Source of the DNA: a virus
Lineage: Duplodnaviria > Caudoviricetes
DNA: 60,393 nt
Direction: 5' to 3' (one strand)
IMG/VR virus record: IMGVR_UViG_3300031164_000001
Location: 1-60,393 of that record
Every line of letters starts with the position of its first letter. Position 1 is the stretch's first letter. The position numbers were made by a program, and so were the translations under genes. Positions 1 through 9,126 of the stretch are shown piece after piece. The notes under the pieces were generated by a model, which was given only the letters and a program-made list of their open reading frames with translations, had not been told where the DNA came from and made no database searches.

Positions 1-127
1 CATTGAACGACATTATCGAAGCGCGCGCCCAACATAGCGCCGGTGTTAACGTTCAGGTTCTTGGAACGACGGCAAATAACCAGGGCACAAGTCTTGCCCT
101 TTGGTGGTTGGGACCGTGAGCCTCGGA
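1..127. repeat. Terminal direct repeat (identical to 60267-60393); circular-assembly overlap
   Basis: First 127 nt match the last 127 nt exactly. The length equals a common k-mer size, and the last minor tail gene runs through the join into the endolysin start (GTGA overlap). Confidence 0.95.
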
Positions 128-1069
128 ATTGATATTTACAAGAAATACCAGACGGTTACTAATTGGCAGTCGGTGAAAAACGCGGGCGTGAAATTCGCTT
201 GGGTCAAGGGAACTGACGGATTCAGTATTGCGCCCGCCGGAGCTGCCGATGTTGAGGTGCGCGGTTTCCATTCCGTTGACATTCCCGTAGGGCTCTACCA
301 TTTCAGCCAACCGGGCAACCCGGAAGCGCAAGCGGCCGTTCTCCTGTCCGAGGTTCGACGCCTTGACGCGAATGGCGTTGCGCCGATGCTCGATATGGAA
401 GACAACCCGCCGGGTGGTAGCCCGAACATTCCGCCCGCTGATAAACGCGCATGGGTAGCGCGGTTCACTGAATACGTCCGCAGTCATGGCTACCGGCCGT
501 GTGTCTATATGAACAATGCCGACGCAAAGGTTATCCGACCAGACACGATTGCATCCGACCTTATTATTGTCATCGCGCGTTACGGCTTGCGTCCATCGTA
601 TGGCGGTCGGTACGACGTGCACCAGTACTCGTCGACTGGATCAATCGCGGGTATCGCGGCAAATGGTGTCGACCTTGACGAGTCGTACACGTTGAACCAT
701 CTCATCATCGTAAACACCCCATCGGAGGAAATCATGACCGGTGTTTTGCCGCAGTCACTGCCGGTCGCGCCCGAAGGTGCTTACGTCGGCTACCCCATTG
801 AGACCGGCCGTAATAGCTCGCTGGTCGCAAACCAATGGGTTGCATTGAATGCCACGTGGGGGGATGTCGAATACGAGTTGATCTGTATTGGCATTGATCG
901 AACGTTGGTATCACCGATCGGTGACAACGGTCACCCGACTGTTGGAACGCTCTTGGACCGACAACGCGCTATCTGGCTTATGCCTGATGGTTGCGAAGGG
1001 GTGGCACTCAGATACAAAACCCTCGGCAATGCGCGCGCTGGCATTGCATTCCCGCAACGCACGAAGTAA
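116..1069 (+). CDS. Endolysin, GH25 lysozyme catalytic domain plus C-terminal domain
   Basis: GIDIxKYQ, FAWVKGTDG, GLYHFS, LDMED and HQYSSTG..VDLD motifs of GH25. GTG at 116 overlaps the TGA of the preceding tail gene. Confidence 0.9.
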   Translation: MSLGIDIYKKYQTVTNWQSVKNAGVKFAWVKGTDGFSIAPAGAADVEVRGFHSVDIPVGLYHFSQPGNPEAQAAVLLSEVRRLDANGVAPMLDMEDNPPGGSPNIPPADKRAWVARFTEYVRSHGYRPCVYMNNADAKVIRPDTIASDLIIVIARYGLRPSYGGRYDVHQYSSTGSIAGIAANGVDLDESYTLNHLIIVNTPSEEIMTGVLPQSLPVAPEGAYVGYPIETGRNSSLVANQWVALNATWGDVEYELICIGIDRTLVSPIGDNGHPTVGTLLDRQRAIWLMPDGCEGVALRYKTLGNARAGIAFPQRTK

Positions 1070-1081
1070 AGGAATTACGGA

Positions 1082-1300
1082 ATGAGTAAGTATCTCACCG
1101 ACCTCGTCGAGCGCGTCCTCGCATCCTTTGCCGGAGGTTTCCTCACGGTGACCGGGCTCGACGTTGTTGACGTGCTTCACTTGGACTGGAAAGCCGCTCT
1201 CGGTGTGGGCGCCGGTACCGCTCTCGTCGCATTCCTCAAGGGGCTCGCGGCCAAGTTTGTCGGCAACACGGAAAGCGCTTCGGCCACCACGAGCGTGTAA
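1082..1300 (+). CDS. Holin (r1t-like, two TM helices)
   Basis: 72 aa, 'DLVERVLASFAGGFL...LDWKAALGVGAGTALVAFLK', immediately after the endolysin. Confidence 0.8.
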   Translation: MSKYLTDLVERVLASFAGGFLTVTGLDVVDVLHLDWKAALGVGAGTALVAFLKGLAAKFVGNTESASATTSV

Positions 1301-1632
1301 TGGAAACCTTTGCCGGGCATCAGGCATTGACCGTGCTCGCGGCCGGTGGCGTCGACCACGGTAAGCTCGCCGCCATGGTTGACGACAACAAAGCGGACGT
1401 GCGTACTGAGCTGGATTACACGGCCGCCGTATGGGAGCCGATGGTTCCCCCGGGGGTGGTACTGGACCAGTACGTAGAACGTGCCACGGTGATACACACG
1501 GACGGCGTGACGTATACGCTGCTGCGCAAGAACACCGCTCCCGACGCAGTGGTGCTGATCTTCGATCCGGGCGAGTGGGACGCGTTCGTCAAGGGTGCCG
1601 CCGATGGGGAGTTCGACCTTCCTCCCGGGTGA
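1300..1632 (+). CDS. DUF397-like protein
   Basis: C-terminal 'VLIFDPGEWDAFVKGAADGEFD' matches the DUF397 signature. Confidence 0.7.
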   Translation: METFAGHQALTVLAAGGVDHGKLAAMVDDNKADVRTELDYTAAVWEPMVPPGVVLDQYVERATVIHTDGVTYTLLRKNTAPDAVVLIFDPGEWDAFVKGAADGEFDLPPG

Positions 1633-1710
1633 TCCGGCCCCCGGGTTCAAGGCCCGTTGGTGATCTTGTATGCTCGCCGTACGGTCCACCTGTCCGGTGA
1701 GGTCGTGCAC

Positions 1711-1751
1711 AGCCCCCCGGCATCCCTTGAAGTGGACCCGGGGGGTTCTTT
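1711..1751 (+). terminator. Intrinsic terminator ending the late/lysis transcript
   Basis: AGCCCCCCGG...CCGGGGGGTT stem followed by CTTT. Confidence 0.6.
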
Positions 1752-1812
1752 AATGATCTTGGTCCGGAAATTCGCCGGCACTCAGTTGATCATGCTCTGA
1801 CCTGCTAAAACA

Positions 1813-1859
1813 GCCCCGCCAGTTGAGATCATTTCGGTGATCCGCTGGCGGGGCCTTTT
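1813..1859 (+). terminator. Second hairpin terminator
   Basis: GCCCCGCCAG/CTGGCGGGGC stem followed by CTTTT. Confidence 0.6.
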
Positions 1860-1927
1860 GCTATCTAAAAGATCTTGTGTGATCCGCATCACATAGACTT
1901 ACCCACGGTACCAGTGGGGCCCGCAAG

Positions 1928-1936
1928 TGGTACTAT
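1928..1936 (+). promoter_or_regulatory. Candidate extended -10 early promoter
   Basis: TGG-TACTAT upstream of a ~310-nt leader and the early operon. Confidence 0.4.
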
Positions 1937-2142
1937 GGTGGTGTAAGGCAGAGAGACCAAAGGACCGGGGTCCAACCCCCCGCCAGCGGGAACAACACCA
2001 TTAGGGCCATGGGACACGCGGACATCCGAAGGTGCCAGAGATACGTCGGGAGACGTGAGGCACGCGCGGTACTAACAGAAGTGCAAAACCCGTGATCTTG
2101 GAAATAGCAAGAAATGGACCAGACCTGAAAGCCTGGTCTTTT

Positions 2143-2205
2143 GGCCGTTAGATAAATCGGTTACTCCCGCACAGGGGAACCGGGGTCCGACTCCCCGGAC
2201 GGCCA
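2143..2205 (+). ncRNA. 63-nt mini tRNA-like element (acceptor + T arm, no proper D arm)
   Basis: GGCCGTT/GACGGCC-A acceptor, CGGGG-TCCGACT-CCCCG T-like arm, small TCCC/GGGA hairpin. Confidence 0.5.
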
Positions 2206-2247
2206 CTAACCAAAGGCGTCGGGCCTTTGGCAAGGAAAGAAGTAATT

Positions 2248-2757
2248 ATGAAGCTCACCGTTGTCCGCAGGAACAGGGAAGCGAACACCTTCGGTCCGGT
2301 GCTCGAATTCCTCGGAACGAACTTGAACGGCCATGGCGAAATGCGAGTCTGGTTGTGCTCCGAAGAAACCGGCGGGCCCGCATTTCCCGTGAAGCTCGAA
2401 TCGTTCACCGAACACTACGTTGCGTACCCGTTGCCCGAACCGGCCCCGGTCGTCACCACGGAGACGGTTGAACGGCGGTACGCGGTTGTCTACGCCCGTG
2501 GCGCGGCACACTTGCAAGGGCTCGACGAGGTCCCCCGCGACTACGGCACGAATGACGCTCCCGCGTACACGTACAGTGCATGCCCGGCCCTCACCACGAA
2601 CAAAGTTGGCTGGGTGACGCACTGGGAGGGCACGGACCTCACGGAAGCGTTGGCACAATTGGAAACGTGCGGCAAGCACGTCGCCACGAGCGCATGCAAG
2701 AAATGCACGAAAACGGGCAACGCTCAGCTCGAAGCGCAGACCTCAAAGGTCGCGTAA
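2248..2757 (+). CDS. Hypothetical early protein (C-terminal CxxC)
   Basis: Purine-rich RBS before ATG 2248; 'ACKKC'. Confidence 0.6.
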   Translation: MKLTVVRRNREANTFGPVLEFLGTNLNGHGEMRVWLCSEETGGPAFPVKLESFTEHYVAYPLPEPAPVVTTETVERRYAVVYARGAAHLQGLDEVPRDYGTNDAPAYTYSACPALTTNKVGWVTHWEGTDLTEALAQLETCGKHVATSACKKCTKTGNAQLEAQTSKVA

Positions 2758-2761
2758 TGTT

Positions 2762-2817
2762 CACGGTGGCGGACGAACAGTGAGAGTGTTCGCCCGTTGC
2801 CGCGTCCGTTACGGACG
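2762..2817 (+). repeat. Start-associated structured element, copy 1
   Basis: CACGGTGGCGGACGAAC...GTTCGCCCGTTGCCG then CGTCC-GTTAC-GGACG, followed by an RBS. Confidence 0.8.
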
Positions 2818-2836
2818 AAGAGAAAGAGGGTGGATC

Positions 2837-3031
2837 ATGAAGCGTACAAACACCGCCCCGGTGATCATGTATCCCGAGGGGATCGTCGTTGGCAAAGTTC
2901 GAAGTGGTCGAGAACGGCCTGGTGGAAAAGTCCGACACGTTGCATTCGACCGCGACGGCAACCGGTCCGGCACGTTTGACACGTGGACGTTGGCCCGCGA
3001 CGAACTGGTCAAGATCGCGAGGCAGCAATGA
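2837..3031 (+). CDS. Hypothetical protein
   Basis: ATG after RBS; stop overlaps the next start. Confidence 0.55.
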   Translation: MKRTNTAPVIMYPEGIVVGKVRSGRERPGGKVRHVAFDRDGNRSGTFDTWTLARDELVKIARQQ

Positions 3032-3261
3032 CGGAGATGGAGTTTTTGGATATCTTCGAATTGCGTCCGGTGGTGGGGGCCGAGTACCTGACGCAAAGGT
3101 GCTGGAAGCGAGGTAGTGGGATATACGGTGAGATCTCCCAGCGGAATTCTCACACGTACGAGGTTCGGAATTCGAGCGGAGATTTCATCGACGAACGCAC
3201 GACGTTCAATCAGGCATTCAAACTCTTGATCAAACATGTGACGGAGGTCCTGAAATCATGA
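3028..3261 (+). CDS. Hypothetical protein
   Basis: ATGA overlaps at both ends. Confidence 0.5.
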   Translation: MTEMEFLDIFELRPVVGAEYLTQRCWKRGSGIYGEISQRNSHTYEVRNSSGDFIDERTTFNQAFKLLIKHVTEVLKS

Positions 3262-3485
3262 GCGGATATCCTGCTCCGTTGACACCCCGGGTTCACTCGT
3301 GGGTTGACTGCGGGCGCACCGCAAGCGGGGTTATCGAGATCATGCGCATTCGGGATAATCCGAGATTCTATCGGATGTGCAATCCGGATACCGAAACGAT
3401 CGTCTTCCGGGGCACGTGGAAAGACGTGCTCGACTTCGCGGCCGGAAAGCTCGAAGGACCATTCGCTAACGAGGTGAGGTCATGA
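3258..3485 (+). CDS. Hypothetical protein
   Basis: GGAGG RBS, ATGA coupling. Confidence 0.5.
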   Translation: MSGYPAPLTPRVHSWVDCGRTASGVIEIMRIRDNPRFYRMCNPDTETIVFRGTWKDVLDFAAGKLEGPFANEVRS

Positions 3486-3715
3486 CTTTGATTTGCCAGG
3501 ATGCGGAGCAAGGCGGTTGCCGTGGCGAGGTTACTCGGGGCAAGTCGCGGACCAGTGCATCCGATTACGAGAAGTGCGAAGCACACTGGAACGCCTACCA
3601 GGTCTTTGCGCAGGAATTGCACGAGAAGATTAACGAGCGTTACCCGGGTTACGACAACCCGCACAGCTCGCCGCCGGAATGGTTCGACCCGGCATACGCG
3701 GGCGAGGAGTGGTAA
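3482..3715 (+). CDS. Hypothetical protein (Cys/His, possible Zn binding)
   Basis: ATGA coupling; C..C..CEAH; ends 'PEWFDPAYAGEEW'. Confidence 0.55.
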   Translation: MTLICQDAEQGGCRGEVTRGKSRTSASDYEKCEAHWNAYQVFAQELHEKINERYPGYDNPHSSPPEWFDPAYAGEEW

Positions 3716-3730
3716 ACGAGTCGCAATGAT

Positions 3731-3784
3731 CACGGGGGTATACGGACTTCCGGGCCCGCATACCTCCCGCGTCCATTGCGGACG
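3731..3784 (+). repeat. Start-associated structured element, copy 2
   Basis: CACGGGGGTAT...ATACCTCCCG then CGTCC-ATTGC-GGACG; first stem has a different sequence but the same pairing. Confidence 0.75.
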
Positions 3785-3803
3785 GTTAGAGAAAGAAGGA
3801 GTC

Positions 3804-4283
3804 ATGAGGTACGTAAAGATGATCTTTGCAGCACTCGTTGTGGGTGCAGCAATCGCCGGGTGCAGCTCGACCGGTCCGCCGGTCACCGCGCCGACAACGG
3901 CCCCGGCCGTCACGTCCGCTCTGCACGCATGGGGCGAGGAGGTAATCCTCTCAGACGGAGCCACCCTGGCAGTGTCTCAGCCGCGCCGTGAGGGCCCGGA
4001 AGTGGTGTACACGGTCACCGTGCACAACCTGACACAAACGCTGCTGACGAACGTCACCACGCCGGACATCACGGCTGACGGTTTGGCCGTCGACAACGGC
4101 GAGACGATCGACAACGATCCCGGGTACCAGCTCGGGGTGACGCCGGACAACACCCTGACGTACACGGTGCACCGGACCAAATTCCCGGCAACAGCGAAAA
4201 CGATTACGCTGACAATGTACGTCAATTTCAGCAATGGTTTTCGCGCTGTTGACCGGCCGGTATGGGTAGGAGACATCCGATGA
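3804..4283 (+). CDS. Lipoprotein
   Basis: Signal peptide with lipobox IAG-C, P/T linker, beta-rich domain. Confidence 0.75.
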   Translation: MRYVKMIFAALVVGAAIAGCSSTGPPVTAPTTAPAVTSALHAWGEEVILSDGATLAVSQPRREGPEVVYTVTVHNLTQTLLTNVTTPDITADGLAVDNGETIDNDPGYQLGVTPDNTLTYTVHRTKFPATAKTITLTMYVNFSNGFRAVDRPVWVGDIR

Positions 4284-4472
4284 GCATTCGGTTTCACGTC
4301 CGGTATGTCAAACCGAACAAGCGCACTCGAACCGGCTGGTCGGTAGCGCGCAGCGATTATGTGGACACGCGGGAACAGGCAATCGATCTTGCGAGTGTGC
4401 TTGCGTACTCGTTCGACCCGAAGCATTTCACCATCGTGTCCGAGGAATCATACGAACCTGATCGGCAGTGAT

Positions 4473-4527
4473 CACGGTGGCGGACGAACTAGAGGGGGTT
4501 CGCCCGTTGCCGCGTCCATTGCGGACG
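4473..4527 (+). repeat. Start-associated structured element, copy 3
   Basis: Near-identical to copy 1, with CGTCC-ATTGC-GGACG then GAAAGAAGG. Confidence 0.8.
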
Positions 4528-4543
4528 GGAAAGAAGGAAGGGA

Positions 4544-4960
4544 ATGCCTAAGCTCGGCAGGAAGACGCCGTGCCCTGGTTGTCCGTGGCTCAAGATCTCG
4601 CGACGGGGCTACCTCGGTGAGGATGAACCCGAATCGTTTTATCGTGGCGCAATCACGAATGAAAACGACTGGCCGTGTCACGAACAGATTGACTACGCGG
4701 ACCCGGAATGGTTGACCACACAGTTGCCCGATGCGGACTTGTGCGCCGGACAGCTGATCCATTTCCGGAATCATCTCAAGATGCCGCGTGATCCGGAAAT
4801 GGCGGAAGCGGTTCGGGCGGTTAAGACGTCTCGCCACGTCTTCCAGCAACCGGAGGAATTCATGCGGCACCACATGCCGGATGCCGATGATGACGTAATA
4901 AAGCGAGCGGCAGAGGATGCCATGTGGTCATGCCCGCAACCGAAAGGCGACCGGGAGTAA
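4544..4960 (+). CDS. Cys-rich hypothetical protein (DUF6283-like)
   Basis: PCPGCPW...CH...CAG pattern. Confidence 0.5.
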   Translation: MPKLGRKTPCPGCPWLKISRRGYLGEDEPESFYRGAITNENDWPCHEQIDYADPEWLTTQLPDADLCAGQLIHFRNHLKMPRDPEMAEAVRAVKTSRHVFQQPEEFMRHHMPDADDDVIKRAAEDAMWSCPQPKGDRE

Positions 4961-5028
4961 AACAATGCGATGGCTACCACTTCCCTCGGGCTGGTGGTGG
5001 CCACCGTTTCTTTTTGAAAGGTGAAGAA

Positions 5029-5250
5029 ATGGCGCACCGGTACAAGCTGCGTAAGCGTAATGAGGAGTTGATCCGTCAGGTCAAGCTCGCACTCGAACTC
5101 GAACGAGACGATCACCGGGAGGCATGGGGTGACGCTAGCGAACGATGGCAGGAAGGTGACCGTGGCGTAGCAGTCGACGAATGGATAGCGACATTCGATG
5201 ATCTGATTAATGCGCTAAATGAATTCGAGGAACAACCGGAAGGACTCTGA
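5029..5250 (+). CDS. Hypothetical protein
   Basis: GAAAGGTGA RBS; acidic helical protein. Confidence 0.5.
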   Translation: MAHRYKLRKRNEELIRQVKLALELERDDHREAWGDASERWQEGDRGVAVDEWIATFDDLINALNEFEEQPEGL

Positions 5251-5255
5251 GCAAA

Positions 5256-5747
5256 ATGATCACGGGAAAGATCACGCTCGACAACGTCAAGGGATTCAGC
5301 GTCAACACAGTTGCGGGAGTGACTGAACTACGACTCAATGATGGCGAGTCGATCATCGAAGGTCACCTTACCGAAGAGCTGGCAACGGACATCGCGAATG
5401 CGCTTCGCCGGTCGGTGGCTCTGCCGGGTGAACGGGTGACCGGCAAGCAAATGCGCGAAATGCGAGCGAAGGACGCCGCCGGGCCGGTCGCGTTCGAAAC
5501 GTTGCGCGACTTGGCCAGCAAAAACGGCTGGGCTTTTACTCGCTTGTCCGGCCGTGGAAAATCCCCTCTGATGACGGTCGTTCGCGACGAACAGCGGATT
5601 GATATTCGATGGGACGAAGAGGGCCAGATCGGCGGGGTGACTTTCACGATTAACAACACGCACGGTTGCCCGCACCGTTCGATGCCCGAAGAAGGTGCTG
5701 ACTTTGTCGAATGGGCGACCGCGAAACTGGAGGACACGAAGCGGTGA
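5256..5747 (+). CDS. Hypothetical protein
   Basis: 163-aa ORF in the operon. Confidence 0.55.
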   Translation: MITGKITLDNVKGFSVNTVAGVTELRLNDGESIIEGHLTEELATDIANALRRSVALPGERVTGKQMREMRAKDAAGPVAFETLRDLASKNGWAFTRLSGRGKSPLMTVVRDEQRIDIRWDEEGQIGGVTFTINNTHGCPHRSMPEEGADFVEWATAKLEDTKR

Positions 5748-5916
5748 AAGTCCACGTTGAATTCACAGCGGACATTGACCGTGAAGCATTCACAAAAGCT
5801 TACGGCATTGATCCCAGTGCGGTGAACGTGCGAAAGACTATCCGGCGAATGATGGTCGAACAGTTTGAGCGCGACTGTGCGGAAAACGGCGTCGCATGCG
5901 AAATTCTGGCGGTCAC

Positions 5917-6138
5917 GTGAGCTACCGAGTAATCAGGCCCGATGGTGAAACGGTGATATCCGGTGACGACGTGACGTCCCTTATCAATGGGAAGGTTGCA
6001 AAATTCGTCCGAGTATCACGCGGGCCCGAACATAATGGCGTTGCAAAAATTGAGGTTGACGAACCGGACACTGATCGTCGCTCTTATTACACGGCGGACG
6101 AATACAATCTGTTTGTTGTTGTGATTCGGGAAGAGTGA
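5917..6138 (+). CDS. Small beta-rich protein, paralog 1 of 3
   Basis: 'YRVIRPDGETVISGDDVT...FVRVSRGPE'. Confidence 0.55.
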   Translation: MSYRVIRPDGETVISGDDVTSLINGKVAKFVRVSRGPEHNGVAKIEVDEPDTDRRSYYTADEYNLFVVVIREE

Positions 6139-6341
6139 TCATGGCGGAATACCTCGTGACGGACACGCGAACCGGCGGAGTGATCCCGCTCGGTGGAATG
6201 GTAACGGATCACTGCGGGCACACGGCGAAACTCGTTAGCGTCGGCGTGACGTCGGTCGTGGTCGAATGGCCGGAATTGCGTCAAGCCGAGTACGATGCAT
6301 GGGCCGTGTTCGCCTTGACAATTGAAAGGACCGAGGAGTGA
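6135..6341 (+). CDS. Small beta-rich protein, paralog 2 of 3
   Basis: 'EYLVTDTRTGGVIPLGGMVTD'. Confidence 0.5.
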   Translation: MIMAEYLVTDTRTGGVIPLGGMVTDHCGHTAKLVSVGVTSVVVEWPELRQAEYDAWAVFALTIERTEE

Positions 6342-6553
6342 CAGAATATCGCGTGATTAACAAGCGGACCGAGGAGCGAGTCGAACCGGGTAACGTGGTG
6401 TCGAACTTCGAAGGGACAAAGGTGATCTTCCTCGAAGTCACCCGAGGACCGGAATCCGGAATGTCGCCGATCGTGCGCGTATCCGAGGAAGGGTGCGAGA
6501 TTGAATACCACGCCCAAGTCTTCCGCCTATCCGTAGAAAGGATCGACGAGTGA
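6338..6553 (+). CDS. Small beta-rich protein, paralog 3 of 3
   Basis: 'EYRVINKRTEERVEPGNVVS...FLEVTRGPE'. Confidence 0.55.
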   Translation: MTEYRVINKRTEERVEPGNVVSNFEGTKVIFLEVTRGPESGMSPIVRVSEEGCEIEYHAQVFRLSVERIDE

Positions 6554-7002
6554 AGAGGTACGCGGCGGTGTTCAAGTTTGGGGAATTTGAAACGGTCGTC
6601 GTTTCGCCGTTCGACACCCCGAGTAAAGCGGCTGAATATGGTGACGCGTTCAAAAGCGATCTTGCCACATTCACCGGCGAAACTCCGGAGGTGCTTAACC
6701 CCACGTGGTTTGAACGGCTCGTCGTATCGCGGCAAATGCGTGCGGACTTGAATGCAGACAGGACAGAGGAAGGGCACTGGATAGGGGAAGTAACGCGGTC
6801 CGAGGAAACTTTCGGATTCATCACCTGTAGCAGCCGGGGCGGATCGTGGTTCTTTTCAAAGACTGACGATCATGGTCACGACTCCGATGTATTCGAAGTG
6901 GGAACACGCGTGAGCTTTACCGGTAGTCCTCATCCCACATTCGGCAAGCGGTACCCGCAAGCGTTCACAATTCGAGCGCTGAACGAAGGTGATCAGGATT
7001 AG
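6550..7002 (+). CDS. Protein with C-terminal cold-shock-like OB domain
   Basis: 'GEVTR...FGFI...WFFSKTD...FEVGTRVSF...PQAFTIR' resembles the CSD pattern. Confidence 0.55.
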   Translation: MKRYAAVFKFGEFETVVVSPFDTPSKAAEYGDAFKSDLATFTGETPEVLNPTWFERLVVSRQMRADLNADRTEEGHWIGEVTRSEETFGFITCSSRGGSWFFSKTDDHGHDSDVFEVGTRVSFTGSPHPTFGKRYPQAFTIRALNEGDQD

Positions 7003-7447
7003 GTACTGGATCTTGGTCGGGTTGCTGGCCCTCGCCGCATGTAGCAGTGGCCAGCAAACCGCCGAAGACAAGGGCGTCAATGATCGGGCCCGAATCGCTG
7101 CTGAGTATATCGCCAAAGGCACGGCCGTTGCTCATCTTAAAGAAGCGGCAGACCAGGTATTCCCAGACGGCTATAAATTGGAGGAATTGCCGATACTGCC
7201 GTTGAATTGCACGGCGGGCGGCACGCTTTACGGGCTCCACTACGCTGTCCGCAAGATTGATCCCGAGGGGAACGAGGATTACTTTGATCGAATGAAACAG
7301 TACTGGCAGGCTTTTGGTTGGCGAGTCGAGAACGACGCCCGACCATACGACATGTTCATGAACGCAACAAGGTTCGATTACCTGATGTCTATCCAGGGGG
7401 GCATAACTGGACAGATCACAATCGGTGAAAGTACGCCGTGCGTATAG
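6989..7447 (+). CDS. Lipoprotein
   Basis: Lipobox LAA-C after a hydrophobic stretch; 'YWQAFGWRV'. Confidence 0.7.
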   Translation: MIRIRYWILVGLLALAACSSGQQTAEDKGVNDRARIAAEYIAKGTAVAHLKEAADQVFPDGYKLEELPILPLNCTAGGTLYGLHYAVRKIDPEGNEDYFDRMKQYWQAFGWRVENDARPYDMFMNATRFDYLMSIQGGITGQITIGESTPCV

Positions 7448-7459
7448 AAGCGAGGACAA

Positions 7460-7717
7460 ATGAGATACACGTGGGCCGAATGCCGGGAATTCCTCGGAGA
7501 TGACGGCCGGATAATCGGCACGATCATCAGCTTCTCCTACGCGGGTCAAGACTGGAACATAGTCCTAATCCACAACTGGGCAACCGGGGATGAAGAGCCG
7601 TACACCCCCGTATGTATCGGTCAACTTGATAACGCCATAGCCGCAAAGCGGTTCATCGAGATGGCAGCACAAAACGCTCGTCCCCCGCTAACGCTAGTGA
7701 AGAACCCGCTCGAATGA
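7460..7717 (+). CDS. Hypothetical protein
   Basis: GAGG RBS. Confidence 0.5.
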   Translation: MRYTWAECREFLGDDGRIIGTIISFSYAGQDWNIVLIHNWATGDEEPYTPVCIGQLDNAIAAKRFIEMAAQNARPPLTLVKNPLE

Positions 7718-7718
7718 A

Positions 7719-7776
7719 CACGGTGGCTCACGGTCTGGGCTTCCACCGGCCCGTGAGTTGCCGCGTCCATTAGGGA
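7719..7776 (+). repeat. Start-associated structured element, copy 4
   Basis: CACGGTGGCTCACGG...CCGTGAGTTGCCG then CG-TCC-ATTAG-GGA, followed by AAGAAGG. Confidence 0.7.
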
Positions 7777-7791
7777 AAGAAGGTGAACCGA

Positions 7792-8079
7792 ATGACGAGT
7801 GAACTTGAACGAGCGACGGCCAGGGCGGCGGCGGCAGAGGCTGAGCGCGTCAAGCAAGAGCGGCTAGCCCAGCTGGAGGAAGAGCTTAGGGAGGTTGGCG
7901 GGGAGTGGCTTGCCGAGCGGGGACCCTCGAAGTGGGTGCCAGGCAAGGAAAGTGAAACCTTGACCCGTTTGCAGGACACGATCCGGCGTGCATGCGCAGC
8001 GGGTATGCGCGAGCGGCACATTGAGCGGGTATCCGGGGCGTCGCGTGGGCTGATCCGGCGAGTGAACAGCAAGAGGTAA
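7792..8079 (+). CDS. HTH DNA-binding protein
   Basis: C-terminal 'IRRACAAGMRERHIERVSGASRGLIRR'. Confidence 0.55.
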   Translation: MTSELERATARAAAAEAERVKQERLAQLEEELREVGGEWLAERGPSKWVPGKESETLTRLQDTIRRACAAGMRERHIERVSGASRGLIRRVNSKR

Positions 8080-9126
8080 CTACCGTGCGTATGGGGACAT
8101 GTCGACACGTTCCGCCATTCGGGGCATTGCCATTGCGGTTAGTTACCTGGTTGTGACACTACTGGTTGGGCGGTCACATGACATCAGGCGTACGGTGAAA
8201 CGTTCACGGCCGGTCCGAACCCGGCACAAGAGCTAGGGCACACGCGGCAAGGCAATGGAAGGCTCCCTCGGGGGCACGCCACCAGGCCAGAGTGACCAAA
8301 TGTGGTTGGGACAAGTTGGCCCCAAGCATACGGCCCGACGCTTACTGAATAGCGTAAACGGGGAGGGGTTGATTTGTGTATTGGCAATGGTTAACCGAGG
8401 AATCGGATATCACCACATCGGCGTACGCCCACCGCGACGCGACAATAGCTCGACTTTGGGGCGACGATAGTGTTTTACTCGCGGTGTTCACTTATGTGAT
8501 TGTTACCTCGGGCAAGGGCGTAACCGGCCGATGGATTTTTGAAAGTGGAACCCTAAGGAAACGGGAGGCATTACAACACCTATTCAGGGAGCTGGAAACG
8601 TGACTATGTACGAAATCGTAGTCAGGGGGCCACGGGGTGCAAAGTGGTGGGCGGCGTCGAATGCGCGAACCGAGGATGAACAGGAAGCGTGTCGCTGGGT
8701 GGCTGAATTGAGTGCGCGTTACCCGCAACTGGAATTCGATGTTTTCCCAGCGACCGTATTGCGCAAGCTCGCGCCCTCGCGATATCGACCGTGGGACTAC
8801 GAGAATGAATGTCGGACAATGGTAAGTCTGTTGACATTCTAGATAGAAGGGAGTCGACCATGTGCGGACGCGACAACTGATGCAAATTAGCATCACGTTC
8901 AGGACCCCCCAAATATTGCCCCGGGAAGCGTCACTCAAGTATCGGACCGGAGCGCAAGGATTTCGGAAGGTAGCCCCCAGGACATACGAACGAACATTTC
9001 GATTCGATGATGATCCCGAACACCTAGTGAATCAGACAATGTCGGCCGTTCACGAGATCTTCGATATTGCCCGAAGGTTCGGGCTGGAAGATTTCGTGAT
9101 CGTCAAAATTAGCGGGGAGGTCTAGA

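Noticed and set aside
2762-2817. Self-cleaving ribozyme identity for the repeated element
   Set aside because: No hammerhead core (CTGANGA...GAAA) or HDV-like nested pseudoknot could be traced by eye.
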